From assembly GCA_964517125.1 (NCBI GenBank), contig CAZFBD010000001.1, forward strand, positions 236,338-300,337: DNA of 64,000 nt, read 5' to 3'. Every line of letters starts with the position of its first letter. Position 1 is the stretch's first letter. The notes beneath the pieces were generated by a model. That model did not search any database, had not been told where the DNA came from, and saw only the letters and a program-made list of their open reading frames with translations. Made by a program: the position numbers and the translations under genes. The stretch is from an uncultured Acidimicrobiales bacterium. GTDB taxonomy: Bacteria; Actinomycetota; Acidimicrobiia; Acidimicrobiales; SHLQ01. This document shows positions 45,373 to 55,100 of this stretch, piece by piece.

Positions 45373-45765
45373 TCAGCGGGCTTCGAACTCCAGGCGGGCC
45401 TTGCGAATGCGTCCGAGGTTCTGCTCTGACCAGTCGCGAACGGCACTCAACGGTTCGGAAGCACTGTGTCCGAGCTCGGTGAGCGAATACTCCACCTGGG
45501 GCGGCCGGGACGGGATGACTTCGCGGTGTACCAGACCGTCGTGTTCGAGCCGGCGGAGCGTCTGCGTCAGCATTTTCTGCGTGACGCCAGGAACGGCCCG
45601 GCGGAGCTGTCCGAACCGATGGGGATCTTCTTCCAACTTCCCGATGATCAGTGCTGACCACTTCGAGCCAATGAGATCGAGGATTTCCCTGCAGGGACAA
45701 TCGGACGAGTAGAGATCTCCGACCTCGGCCGCGTCACCGATCGCAGAGACCTTGGTAGTACCCAT
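45373..45765 (-). CDS. HxlR family transcriptional regulator
   Basis: 130 aa with CPCREILDLIGSKWSALIIGKL, FGQLRR..PGVTQKMLTQTLRRLEHDGLV and VEYSLTELG. Confidence 0.85.
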   Translation of the reverse strand: MGTTKVSAIGDAAEVGDLYSSDCPCREILDLIGSKWSALIIGKLEEDPHRFGQLRRAVPGVTQKMLTQTLRRLEHDGLVHREVIPSRPPQVEYSLTELGHSASEPLSAVRDWSEQNLGRIRKARLEFEAR

Positions 45766-45828
45766 TCGAAACCTGCCTCCCAGGCGTGGTGCTGTACCAC
45801 GCTTGGAACCATACCGGTGCTGGCGAAG

Positions 45829-46167
45829 CTAGCGTCCCAGTCGTTGGCGAATCTGCACCCGACCAGCTGCAACCGAGGTCGCGATCACTTCGCGCGAGCA
45901 GCCCAATTCGACCGCGGCGTCGGCGTACGACGAGCCACAGATGTCGACCAGCCACACCGCGGCGGCCTGTTCCATCGGCAGTTCCCCCGCGGCCTCGCGA
46001 GCGGTTGGGACGGCGGGGATTGCGGCCGACTCCTCACCCCGACGTCCGAAGCCGGTCAGCACATTGCGGACCGTGCCAACCCAGAGCGCGTCGACGGAGT
46101 GTCCGAATGCAAGGCAGCTCTTGATGCGTAGGTCAACGGCCATGTCCAAAGCGTACGCACCACGCAT
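45829..46167 (-). CDS. ECF sigma-70-like fragment (regions ~2.4-4 only), possibly truncated
   Basis: ALWVGTVRNVLTGFGRR resembles the end of sigma region 2. LPMEQAAAVWLVDICGSSYADAAVELGCSREVIATSVAAGRVQIRQRL is a region-4 HTH. No region 2.1-2.3 sequence is found in any frame upstream. Confidence 0.4.
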   Translation of the reverse strand: MRGAYALDMAVDLRIKSCLAFGHSVDALWVGTVRNVLTGFGRRGEESAAIPAVPTAREAAGELPMEQAAAVWLVDICGSSYADAAVELGCSREVIATSVAAGRVQIRQRLGR

Positions 46168-46378
46168 GGCCGGCTGCCGTCGATTCGCAAGGTCTTCATT
46201 GATTCTTGAGGACGAGCAACGCGACCGGGCAGGTGCGGGTTTCCTCGGGGTGCCCACCGCACGATCAGGTGCCTTCTTGATCTTCTCACTGTGCAGCCCC
46301 AAGATCAGGGCTGATGGCCCCGCCAGAAGTGTCAGTGCGAGTGGCGGCCGACAAGCTCTTGCGACGAAAGGCCCTGCC

Positions 46379-47185
46379 ATGACCACGATTCTTTTGACCG
46401 GAGCCACCGATGGGATCGGCCGGGAAACGACCAAACAACTGTCCGCATTGGGACACGACCTGATTCTCCATGGAAGGAATCCCGACAAACTCGACGCCGT
46501 TCTCGCTGAGGCACGCTCGGCGGGCGCAGCGTCAGCGAGCGGAGTCGTGGGCGACCTGTCCGACATGCGGGCCGTTGCCGCCTTCGCAGAGCAAACAGCA
46601 GGCGCTCACCCCGCCATCGATGTGCTGATCAACAACGCCGGCGTGTTCAAGACCAGCACCCCACGAACCGCCGAGGGGCTCGATGTCCGCTTTGCGGTGA
46701 ACACGCTGGCTCCGTGGCTGCTCACCCAGCGGCTAATTCCGAACCTGTCCAGCGCCGGGCGCGTCGTGAACCTCTCCTCGGCAGCGCAGGCCCCCGTGAG
46801 CACTGCTGCGCTCGATGGAGGCATGGAGCTTCCGGACATGGAGGCGTACGCCCAGAGCAAGCTGGCAATCACCATGTGGTCCCGTTATCTGGCAGAAACC
46901 CTTGGCAGCGAAGGTCCGTCGGTGATTGCCGTGAACCCGGGGTCACTTCTTGCTACGAAGATGGTTCGCGAGGGCTTTGGCATGGCCGGCAACGACATCG
47001 GGATCGGCGCCGGAATCCTCGTACGCGCTGCACTTGACGACGCCTTCGCCAACCCTGCAGGCCGCTATTGGGACAACGATTCGGGCCAGTTCGCTCCACC
47101 GCACCCGGACGGCATGAACCCTGCGCGCATCCAGGAAGTCATGGCACAGATGGAGGCAACACTCGCCCGTCTGACCCGGAGCTGA
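46379..47185 (+). CDS. SDR family oxidoreductase
   Basis: Start at the ATG at 46379. It has TGATDGIG, NNAG and YAQSK motifs. Confidence 0.85.
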   Translation: MTTILLTGATDGIGRETTKQLSALGHDLILHGRNPDKLDAVLAEARSAGAASASGVVGDLSDMRAVAAFAEQTAGAHPAIDVLINNAGVFKTSTPRTAEGLDVRFAVNTLAPWLLTQRLIPNLSSAGRVVNLSSAAQAPVSTAALDGGMELPDMEAYAQSKLAITMWSRYLAETLGSEGPSVIAVNPGSLLATKMVREGFGMAGNDIGIGAGILVRAALDDAFANPAGRYWDNDSGQFAPPHPDGMNPARIQEVMAQMEATLARLTRS

Positions 47186-47203
47186 CGTCTTCACAACACA
47201 AAC

Positions 47204-47219
47204 ACATTCAGATGAATGT
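47204..47219. promoter_or_regulatory. perfect inverted repeat ACATTCA-GA-TGAATGT upstream of marR (candidate MarR operator), with another TGAATGT half-site at 47237-47243
   Basis: It lies in the only strongly AT-rich stretch of this region (47190-47250). TTGACT (47220-47225) and TACTTT (47243-47248), 17 nt apart, could serve as -35/-10 elements. Confidence 0.45.
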
Positions 47220-47239
47220 TTGACTTCATATTCGTGTGA

Positions 47240-47728
47240 ATGTACTTTCTCGGTGTGTCCGCGCCCGAGTCCTCCTTTCTGAACGGCTACTTGCCCTACC
47301 TGCTTCGGCAGGCCGATCAGACCCTCTCCGCCCCGTTCTATGCCGTCCTCTCTGGCTACGGCATCGCCCGTTCTGAATGGCGTGTTCTCGCGGTCTTGTA
47401 TGAGATTGGCGAGCTGTCGGTCGCCGACCTCGCTGACGAGGCCCTGAGCCCGCAACCAACCGTCACACATGCCGTCCGGCGCCTGGAGAAGCGCAACCTG
47501 GTCACCCGCACACCCGGCACCCAGGACAAGCGGCAGCGGTTCATCGCCATGACGTCCGCAGGCACGACGCTCACCAACCAACTCATCGATGAAGCACAAC
47601 GCCTGGAGGCCGACGCGCTCGCCGGTGCCGGGGATCTTTCCGAACTGGTGGCGCATCTTCGCCAGCTGACCGCTCTGGTCGAAGCGAGCAGTGCAACCAA
47701 CGACCAGGAGGCCACACGTGCAGGCTGA
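47240..47728 (+). CDS. MarR family transcriptional regulator
   Basis: 162 aa with LPYLLRQA, the winged helix SVADLADEALSPQPTVTHAVRRLEKRNLV, and DKRQR. An alternative start is the GTG at 47255. Confidence 0.85.
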   Translation: MYFLGVSAPESSFLNGYLPYLLRQADQTLSAPFYAVLSGYGIARSEWRVLAVLYEIGELSVADLADEALSPQPTVTHAVRRLEKRNLVTRTPGTQDKRQRFIAMTSAGTTLTNQLIDEAQRLEADALAGAGDLSELVAHLRQLTALVEASSATNDQEATRAG

Positions 47729-48308
47729 CCCAACCGCGAAACCCGAAGATGCGAAGACCAACTACGACCCTTCGCCGCTCGAACGCCGGCCGTTCAACCT
47801 GCAGCGGTGGATCGACGATCACCGCGAGGACCTGACCCCACCGGTGGCGAACAAACAGATCTGGCGCGAGGCCGACATGATCGTGATGATCGTCGGCGGC
47901 GGCAACGAACGGAACGACTTCCACGACGATCCGCGCGAAGAATTCTTCTACCAGATCAAGGGCGACATGAACCTGGTCATCTGGCCCGAGGAGGGCACCG
48001 CCCCACACGACATGGCGATACGCGAGGGCGACGTGTACCTGCTGCCGCCCCGCGTCCGCCACTCGCCGCAACGTCCGGACCCGGACTCCGTCGGCCTCGT
48101 TGTTGAGTACCAGCGCAAGATCGGTGAACTCGACGGCTTCGAGTGGGCGTGCCCGAACTGCGCCAACCTGGTCCATCGCGTGGAGCTTCAGGTGCAGGAG
48201 ATCGACAAGGACCTTCCACCACTCTTTGCAGCGTTCCACGTCGACGAGGCTGCCCGAACCTGCCCACACTGCGGCACCCTGCACCCGGGCAAGGACGGCC
48301 GCTTGTGA
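47718..48308 (+). CDS. 3-hydroxyanthranilate 3,4-dioxygenase
   Basis: GTG at 47718 lies 6 nt after AGGAGG. It has a cupin core (FHDDPREEFFYQIKGDM, VRHSPQR) and a C-terminal rubredoxin-like CPNC...CPHC. It overlaps the marR stop. Confidence 0.85.
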   Translation: MQADPTAKPEDAKTNYDPSPLERRPFNLQRWIDDHREDLTPPVANKQIWREADMIVMIVGGGNERNDFHDDPREEFFYQIKGDMNLVIWPEEGTAPHDMAIREGDVYLLPPRVRHSPQRPDPDSVGLVVEYQRKIGELDGFEWACPNCANLVHRVELQVQEIDKDLPPLFAAFHVDEAARTCPHCGTLHPGKDGRL

Positions 48309-49546
48309 CGGGGACGACTGCCGCTGAACTCGACGCCGTCGACCCGCTCGCTCACCTTCGCGACGAGTTCGAGCTGCCTGAAGGCATCTACCTGGTTGGA
48401 AACTCGCTCGGGGCGCTGCCGAAGGCGGCCCGAGCGCATGTTCAGACCGAGTTCGACCGATGGAGCCAACTCGGCGTGGAGGGCCACTTCACCGGCGAGC
48501 TCGCCTGGAAGGACTATCACCATCTGCTGACAGCAAAGCTGGCCGACATCACCGGCGCACGCAGCACCGAGGTCGTCGCGATGAATGCGCTCACGGTGAA
48601 CCTGCACCTGCTGATGATCAGCTTCTACCGGCCGAGCCCGCGCCGAAACAAGATCCTGATCGAGTCGCATGCGTTTCCGTCGGACCACTTCGCCGCGGAG
48701 TCACAGATCCGCCAGCGCGGCTACAACCCCGACACATCCCTCGTCACCCTGGAGCCACGCGCTGGCGAGGAGACCCTCCGAAACGAAGACATCCGCGCCG
48801 CGATCGCCGAACTTGGTGATGAGCTGGCGCTCGTCCTTCTTCCCGGTGTGCAGTACTACACCGGCCAGGTGCTCCCAATGGACGAGATCGTCGCCGCCGG
48901 CCACGCGGTTGGGGCGACGGTCGGTTTCGATCTCGCTCACGCCGTGGGCAACATCGAACTCGAGCTCCACGACTGGAACGTGGACTTTGCCGCGTGGTGC
49001 ACCTACAAGTACCTCAACAGCGGCCCGGGCGGTGTGGCCGGAGCGTTCGTGCACGAACGGCACGTCGACGACCAGAGCCTTCCGAAGCTCCTGGGATGGT
49101 GGGGAACCAACGCATCAAGCCGGTTCAAGATGGCCACACAATTCGAGCCGATTCCCACGATTGACTCGTGGCAGCTGTCGAACGCTCCAATCCTGCCGCT
49201 GGCCACGCTCCGAGCGTCGCTCGACATCATCGAAGCAGCCGGAGGCATGCCAGCGCTCCGTCGCAAGTCTGAAGCACAGATCGCCTTCTTCGACCGCCGC
49301 CTCCAGGAGGTCCTTGGCGGTCGTGTAGAGAACCTCACGCCGGCCGCCATGCAGCAGCGTGGGTGCCAGTTCGCGCTTCGGGTCGTCGCCGGTGACGGCA
49401 AGCGTGTGTACGAGCGACTGGAGGAGGCGCGGGTCCTTTGCGACTGGCGTGAGCCCGACGTGATCAGGGTTGCGCCCGTTCCGCTCTACAACTCATTCGC
49501 CGACATCGAATCGTTCCTCCAGATCCTCGACGGGATCGTCGAATGA
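48305..49546 (+). CDS. kynU: kynureninase
   Basis: GTGA overlap with the upstream gene. It has YLVGNSLGALP, WCTYKYLNSGPG (PLP Lys) and LRVAPVPLYNSF. Confidence 0.9.
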   Translation: MTGTTAAELDAVDPLAHLRDEFELPEGIYLVGNSLGALPKAARAHVQTEFDRWSQLGVEGHFTGELAWKDYHHLLTAKLADITGARSTEVVAMNALTVNLHLLMISFYRPSPRRNKILIESHAFPSDHFAAESQIRQRGYNPDTSLVTLEPRAGEETLRNEDIRAAIAELGDELALVLLPGVQYYTGQVLPMDEIVAAGHAVGATVGFDLAHAVGNIELELHDWNVDFAAWCTYKYLNSGPGGVAGAFVHERHVDDQSLPKLLGWWGTNASSRFKMATQFEPIPTIDSWQLSNAPILPLATLRASLDIIEAAGGMPALRRKSEAQIAFFDRRLQEVLGGRVENLTPAAMQQRGCQFALRVVAGDGKRVYERLEEARVLCDWREPDVIRVAPVPLYNSFADIESFLQILDGIVE

Positions 49547-50892
49547 GTGGCCCAATCGTCGTTGCAGGCGCGGGCCCCGCCGGAGCGTTGCTCTCGATCT
49601 ACCTGGCGAGGCAGGGGCACGATGTCGTTGTCTACGAGAGTCGCCCGGACCTACGGCGCACCGACATCGATGCTGGCCGCTCAATCAACCTTGCGCTGGC
49701 AACTCGCGGAATCGTGCCGCTGATCGACGTGGGTGTCATCGCCGAGGTCGACGCCATCACGATTCCCATGCGAGGGCGCATGGTGCACGCAATGGGAGAC
49801 CCGACACCCGACCTCCAGCCGTATGGATCGAAGGCTCATGAGGTGATCCACTCGGTCTCACGTTCCGATCTGAACGCCATTCTTCTCGATGCAGCGGAAG
49901 CAACCGGCAACGTGCGGATCGAGTTCGAGACGCGCATCGAGCGTGTGGATCTGGACGATTCACTCATCGTCTTCGACGACGGCCGAACTGAACCCTTCGA
50001 GGTGGTGTACGGCGCCGACGGCGCCGGATCGCGGGTACGCAAGGCCATTGCGGCGAAGCAGAGCTGTACCTTCCGTACCGAATGGCTCGACCACTCCTAC
50101 AAGGAGTTGACGCTCCCCGCCCGTGCCGACGGCACGCATCGACTCGACCCCCACGCCCTGCACATCTGGCCCCGGGGTGAGTTCATGCTCATCGCCCTTG
50201 CCAACCCCGAAGGCGACTTCACAATCACACTCTTCGCTCCAACAACGACCTTCGACAACCTCACGATCGCCAACGAGATCGACGACTTCTTCGAGTCCGA
50301 GTTCGCCGAGTTCACGAAGCTGGTGCCGGACCTGGCCGAGCAGTTCCTCGAGAACCCGACCGGCCCCCTTGGCACACTGCGAGCCAATGGTTGGTCTCAT
50401 GGTGACAAGGCCGTTCTGGTGGGTGATTCGGCTCACGCCATCGTGCCGTTCCACGGCCAGGGAATGAACGCAGCCATGGAGTCGGCTCGCGCCCTGGAAC
50501 GTCACCTTCGGGTATCACCCGGCGACCGGGCTGCAGCGTTTCGTGCCTACGAGGATGAACGCAAGCCCGATGCCGACGCAATCGCCGACATGGCACTCCA
50601 GAACTACGTGGAGATGCGAGCGGGCGTCGTCGACCCCGACTACCTGGCCAAGAGAACCCTCGCCCTGGACCTGGAGCAACGCCACCCGGACCACCTGAGC
50701 CCCCGCTACAACATGGTCATGTTTTCAACCATGCCGTACAGCGAAGCCCAACGTCGCGCCGCTGATCAGGCAGCGATCATCGCCGATGCCATTGCCGACC
50801 CGTCACTCGACGTCGACGGACTCGTCCAAGCCCTCGCACCACTCCCCCCGTCCGACCCGCTCGCCGACCCCGACGCACTGTCGGTCACCTGA
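49543..50892 (+). CDS. kynurenine 3-monooxygenase
   Basis: ATGA overlap with kynU. It has the FAD motif VAGAGPAGALLSIYLARQG, GADGAGSRVR, and GDSAHAIVPFHGQGMN. Confidence 0.9.
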   Translation: MSGPIVVAGAGPAGALLSIYLARQGHDVVVYESRPDLRRTDIDAGRSINLALATRGIVPLIDVGVIAEVDAITIPMRGRMVHAMGDPTPDLQPYGSKAHEVIHSVSRSDLNAILLDAAEATGNVRIEFETRIERVDLDDSLIVFDDGRTEPFEVVYGADGAGSRVRKAIAAKQSCTFRTEWLDHSYKELTLPARADGTHRLDPHALHIWPRGEFMLIALANPEGDFTITLFAPTTTFDNLTIANEIDDFFESEFAEFTKLVPDLAEQFLENPTGPLGTLRANGWSHGDKAVLVGDSAHAIVPFHGQGMNAAMESARALERHLRVSPGDRAAAFRAYEDERKPDADAIADMALQNYVEMRAGVVDPDYLAKRTLALDLEQRHPDHLSPRYNMVMFSTMPYSEAQRRAADQAAIIADAIADPSLDVDGLVQALAPLPPSDPLADPDALSVT

Positions 50893-50905
50893 CCAGGAGC
50901 TGATC

Positions 50906-51718
50906 ATGAGCCTCCCCTTCGAGAACGATGACGCGTTCACCTACGGCAGCTACTTGCGGGTCCCCGAACTGCTGTCCCTACAGCAATGTGTATCGGTCGA
51001 TCCCGACACCGGTCGGCCCGAACACGACGAGACGCTGTTCATCATCATCCATCAGGTCTATGAGCTGTGGTTCAAACAGATGCTGCATGAGCTCGACTAC
51101 ATCGTCGCCATGCTCAACGACCACAAGGTCAACGGCGCCCGAAGCCATCTGAAACGTGTTCTGAAGATCCTGAAGACGCTCGTTGGCCAGATCGACGTGC
51201 TGGAGACAATGACTCCGGCCGAATTCGCGAGCTTTCGGTCGTTCCTTGCAAACGCAAGCGGCTTCCAGTCGGCCCAGTTTCGGGAACTCGAATTCGTCCT
51301 CGGCATCAAGGACCGCATTCAGATCGACTGGTTCGGTGGTGCCGAAGGTGAACGGCTCGCGGCCCGGTACGACGCTCCGACCCTTTGGGACGCGTTCGTC
51401 GGTGTCCTGCACCGCGACGGCTTCCATGTCCCTGAGCAGATCCTTCACCGGGATGTTCGCGAGCCCATCGAAGGTGACGCCGAGCTCCAGGCCAGCATTG
51501 TTGCGCGCTATTCCGACGAGGGCTTCGCTGGTCTCTGCGAGACGCTCACGGACCTGGACGAAGGCCTGCAGGAATGGAGGTACCGGCACGTGATGATGGT
51601 CCGACGCACCATCGGCACCAAGCCCGGAACCGGCGGCTCCGATGGCGCCGCCTACCTGGCCACAACACTCTTTCAGCCAGCGTTCCCCGACCTGTGGGCG
51701 ATTCGGACGGCCTTCTGA
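50906..51718 (+). CDS. kynA: tryptophan 2,3-dioxygenase
   Basis: ATG at 50906 follows AGGAG. It has YGSYLRVPELLSLQ, FIIIHQVYELWFKQ, SGFQSAQFRELEF and GTGGS. Confidence 0.9.
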   Translation: MSLPFENDDAFTYGSYLRVPELLSLQQCVSVDPDTGRPEHDETLFIIIHQVYELWFKQMLHELDYIVAMLNDHKVNGARSHLKRVLKILKTLVGQIDVLETMTPAEFASFRSFLANASGFQSAQFRELEFVLGIKDRIQIDWFGGAEGERLAARYDAPTLWDAFVGVLHRDGFHVPEQILHRDVREPIEGDAELQASIVARYSDEGFAGLCETLTDLDEGLQEWRYRHVMMVRRTIGTKPGTGGSDGAAYLATTLFQPAFPDLWAIRTAF

Positions 51719-51792
51719 ATGATGACCACCTGGTTCGAAGCTCCTTCCATCCTGTTTCCGCTTTCCGAATACGCTCGAAAGGACCAACGCGC

Positions 51793-53226
51793 ATGAGCTA
51801 TCCCGATCTTCAGCTGTACATCAATGGCCAGTGGCGCACCACTGGCACCGACATGCCCGTCATCAACCCGTCGACCGAGCAGGAAGTGGGCCGGTTCCCG
51901 GTTGCACAGGCCGACGATCTCGACGACGCGTTGCAGGCTGCGAAAGACGGCTTCGCGGTATGGAGCCAGACCTCGCCGAAACATCGAGCCGACCTCGTAC
52001 GCGAAGCCTCAGCGCTCATGCGTGAGCGACAGGACGAGATCGCCCACTCGATCACGCTCGAACATGGCAAGCCCTTTGCGCAGGCGCAGCTCGAGGTCAT
52101 CCGCGGGTGTGAGTTCTTCGAATGGGACGCAGGCGAAGCAACGCGCACCTATGGCCGGGTGATCCCGAGTGCGCCCGGGGTCAAGTACATCGTGCACCAC
52201 CAACCGATCGGCCCGGTTGCAGCGTTCTCGCCATGGAACTTCCCCATGAGCCAACCCGCTCGCAAGATCGCCGGAGCCGTGGCATCGGGCTGCTCAATCA
52301 TCCTCAAAGCGGCCGAGGAAACGCCCGCCGGAGCGATGCACATCGCCCGCGCCTTCCACGATGTGGGACTTCCCCCAGGAGTACTCAACCTCGTGTACGG
52401 CGTGCCGGCGGACATCTCCCAGCACCTCATCCCGAGCGATGTCATCAACCTGGTTGCCTTCACCGGCTCGACCAACGTTGGCCGACACCTGACCGGTCTC
52501 GCGTCAGATCACATGACCCCGGTGCTCATGGAACTCGGCGGTCACGCACCCGTCATCGTGTGCGAAGACACCGACGTCGAGGCCGCTGCCATGACGTCGG
52601 CGGTTCGCAAGATGCGAAACGCCGGTCAGGTCTGTACCTCCCCAACACGCTTCTTCGTTCACGACAACGTGTTCGACCAGTTCCTCGAGATATTCACCGC
52701 ACGAGCAGCGGCAACCGTTGTGGGCGACGGCATGGACCCCGGTGTCGAGATGGGCCCGGTCGCCAACGACCGCCGTCTGGCCGCCATGCGCACGCTCGTC
52801 GACGACGCGGTCGCCACCGGCGCCGAGCTCATGACCGGTGGAAGCCGGATTGGGACGACCGGCTATTTCTTCGAGCCGACCGTGCTCGCCAACGTTCCCG
52901 ACAACGCCAGAGTCATGCAGGAAGAGCCATTCGGTCCGCTCGCGATCGTCAACCCCGTCGATTCGCTCGATACCGCAATCGAGCGAGCGAACTCGGTTCC
53001 CTACGGGCTTGCCGCCTACGGCTTCACCAACCGGGCTGACTACGCCGACCGCATGGTCGACAAGGTGGAAGCTGGGAACCTCTCCATCAACACGCTCGAG
53101 GCATCGCTACCCGAGACGCCTTTCGGTGGCGTGAAATCCAGCGGCTACGGCCGCGAAGGCGGAGCCGAAGGCCTCCATCACTACACCGTCGTCAAGAACG
53201 TCTCCCACAGCGTCGCCATCGTCTGA
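51793..53226 (+). CDS. NAD(P)-dependent aldehyde dehydrogenase
   Basis: 477 aa with FTGSTNVG, ELGGHAP (Glu), GQVCTSPTR (Cys) and EEPFGP. Confidence 0.9.
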   Translation: MSYPDLQLYINGQWRTTGTDMPVINPSTEQEVGRFPVAQADDLDDALQAAKDGFAVWSQTSPKHRADLVREASALMRERQDEIAHSITLEHGKPFAQAQLEVIRGCEFFEWDAGEATRTYGRVIPSAPGVKYIVHHQPIGPVAAFSPWNFPMSQPARKIAGAVASGCSIILKAAEETPAGAMHIARAFHDVGLPPGVLNLVYGVPADISQHLIPSDVINLVAFTGSTNVGRHLTGLASDHMTPVLMELGGHAPVIVCEDTDVEAAAMTSAVRKMRNAGQVCTSPTRFFVHDNVFDQFLEIFTARAAATVVGDGMDPGVEMGPVANDRRLAAMRTLVDDAVATGAELMTGGSRIGTTGYFFEPTVLANVPDNARVMQEEPFGPLAIVNPVDSLDTAIERANSVPYGLAAYGFTNRADYADRMVDKVEAGNLSINTLEASLPETPFGGVKSSGYGREGGAEGLHHYTVVKNVSHSVAIV

Positions 53227-53258
53227 CCGCCGCTCTCTCCCACACGAGGACTGCCACC

Positions 53259-54212
53259 ATGAAGTACACGAGAACCAACGCGAAGGACCACGCCCGCGCC
53301 AACATGAACGGCATCTGGGCGGCAGCGCTCATGCCGTTCACCCGCGACCATCGAATCGACGAGGACGGCTTTCGCGAAAACGTTCGCCACTGGACCGAAG
53401 ACCTCGGCATCGAAGGCCTGTTCATCTCGGGCAAGCAGGGCGAGTTCTTCTCCATGAGCATCGAGGAGCGAAAGCGCACCTTCGAGTTGGCTGTCGAGGC
53501 CACCGAGGGACGGGGCCAGACGATCATGTCGTGTTCGGACCAGAACCTCGATGTCGTGCTCGACCTTGCCCGCCACGCGCAGGAGGTCGGCGCCGACTAC
53601 ATCGTGGTCCATGCACCTGCCCTGCACTTCTTCAAAGAGCAGGACGAGACGCTGTTGCGGTACTACTCCCGCATCTCCGAGCACGTCGACATCGGCATTG
53701 CGCTGTGGAGTCACCCGTCGAGCGGCTACCTGATGTCCCCGGAACTGTGCAATCGTCTGGCCGACCTCGACAACGTCGTGGCCATCAAATACAGCGTCGA
53801 ACGATCGATGTACTCCGAGCTCACCGCCTTGGCCTCGGACCGCATTCAGGTCAGCACGGCCTCGGAACCAGAGTGGCTCGACAACATTCTGGAGCTCGAC
53901 TGGAAGCTGTACCTGTGCTCGTCGCCGCCATTCCTGCTGCAGACCGCCAACGACCGCCGCATGCACGACTACACCCAGGCTGCGCTTGCGGGACATGCCG
54001 ACGAGGCCAGGGCCATCAGCGCCAGCCTGGACCCCGTGCGTGACGCCCTCTGGGGCACCCGCCCCGCCGAGAAACCCCATTCGCATCAGAAGTACTGGCA
54101 GGAGCTGCTGGGCCAGGTCGGAGGTTCGGTTCGGTTCCCCTTGTTGGAGCTCACCGACGAGGAGAAGGCCACCACCCGTGAGGCATTCGAGCGCTGCGGC
54201 CTCCAGGTCTGA
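53259..54212 (+). CDS. dihydrodipicolinate synthase family (DapA-like class I aldolase/dehydratase)
   Basis: 317 aa with SGKQGEF and the Schiff-base Lys in VAIKYS. Confidence 0.75.
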   Translation: MKYTRTNAKDHARANMNGIWAAALMPFTRDHRIDEDGFRENVRHWTEDLGIEGLFISGKQGEFFSMSIEERKRTFELAVEATEGRGQTIMSCSDQNLDVVLDLARHAQEVGADYIVVHAPALHFFKEQDETLLRYYSRISEHVDIGIALWSHPSSGYLMSPELCNRLADLDNVVAIKYSVERSMYSELTALASDRIQVSTASEPEWLDNILELDWKLYLCSSPPFLLQTANDRRMHDYTQAALAGHADEARAISASLDPVRDALWGTRPAEKPHSHQKYWQELLGQVGGSVRFPLLELTDEEKATTREAFERCGLQV

Positions 54213-54215
54213 CCC

Positions 54216-55022
54216 GTGCCGACGGCTGCACCACTTCGAGTTGCGCTCATTGGATGGGGAGCGATCGGGCAGACCGTGGGCAGGCTGCTCGCCGACGCTC
54301 CGGTCGAGTTCGTTGCCATCGGCGTCTCGGACACGTCGCTCCCCAGGGAAGGCATCCCGGCCGAAAGCAGGCTCATTGGCGACCCGGCCGAGCTCGCTGA
54401 CCTCGCCCCTCACGTTGTGGCCGAAGCGGCGGGACGCAAGAGCGTGGGGCCGTGGGGACGAGCGGCCCTCGAGAATGGCTCCGACTTCGTCGTGTCCTCC
54501 ATGTCGGCGTTCGCTGACGCAACACTTCTTGATGAGCTCCGAACTTCGGCGGAACGGTTCGGCGGGCAGATACAGCTGCAAGCGGGAGCACTGGCGGGAA
54601 TCGACGCGCTCGCTGCAGCACGCCAGCTCGGTCTCGACCATGTCGAGCATCAGATCGTGAAACCGCCGAAGGCCTGGGCCGGCACTCCAGCGGACTCCAT
54701 GCTGGACCTTGCGGAGCTTTCTGTTCCAACGACATTCTTCGAGGCCTCTGCACGTGAAACGGCCGAGGCGTTTCCGAAGAATGCGAACGTCGCAATGACC
54801 ACGGCTCTTGCCGGGGTCGGCCCCGACCGCACCATGATCCAACTCGTCGCGGACCCAAGCGCGACATCGAACCGCCACGAGATTCGGGCACGCGGAGCCT
54901 TCGGCGAGATGCAGGTTGCCATCGCCAACAACCCACTACCGGACAATCCAAAGACATCGGCGCTGGCTGCGCTGGGTCTGGCCCGCGCCATCCAGAACAG
55001 GGTCTCCCCCATCGTCATCTGA
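54216..55022 (+). CDS. nadX: L-aspartate dehydrogenase family protein
   Basis: 268 aa with GWGAIG, FPKNANVA, ADPSATSNRHEI and DNPKTSALAA. These parallel Thermotoga NadX (FPRNINVA, ADPAMDHNIH, ENPKTS). Confidence 0.75.
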   Translation: MPTAAPLRVALIGWGAIGQTVGRLLADAPVEFVAIGVSDTSLPREGIPAESRLIGDPAELADLAPHVVAEAAGRKSVGPWGRAALENGSDFVVSSMSAFADATLLDELRTSAERFGGQIQLQAGALAGIDALAAARQLGLDHVEHQIVKPPKAWAGTPADSMLDLAELSVPTTFFEASARETAEAFPKNANVAMTTALAGVGPDRTMIQLVADPSATSNRHEIRARGAFGEMQVAIANNPLPDNPKTSALAALGLARAIQNRVSPIVI

Positions 55023-55100
55023 TCCAGCGCTCGTCGCGCTGCGTGTGTCACAGCGGCCGCCGAACCGGTACGGATACGCTGGATGTAGGCCATCCTGGAG

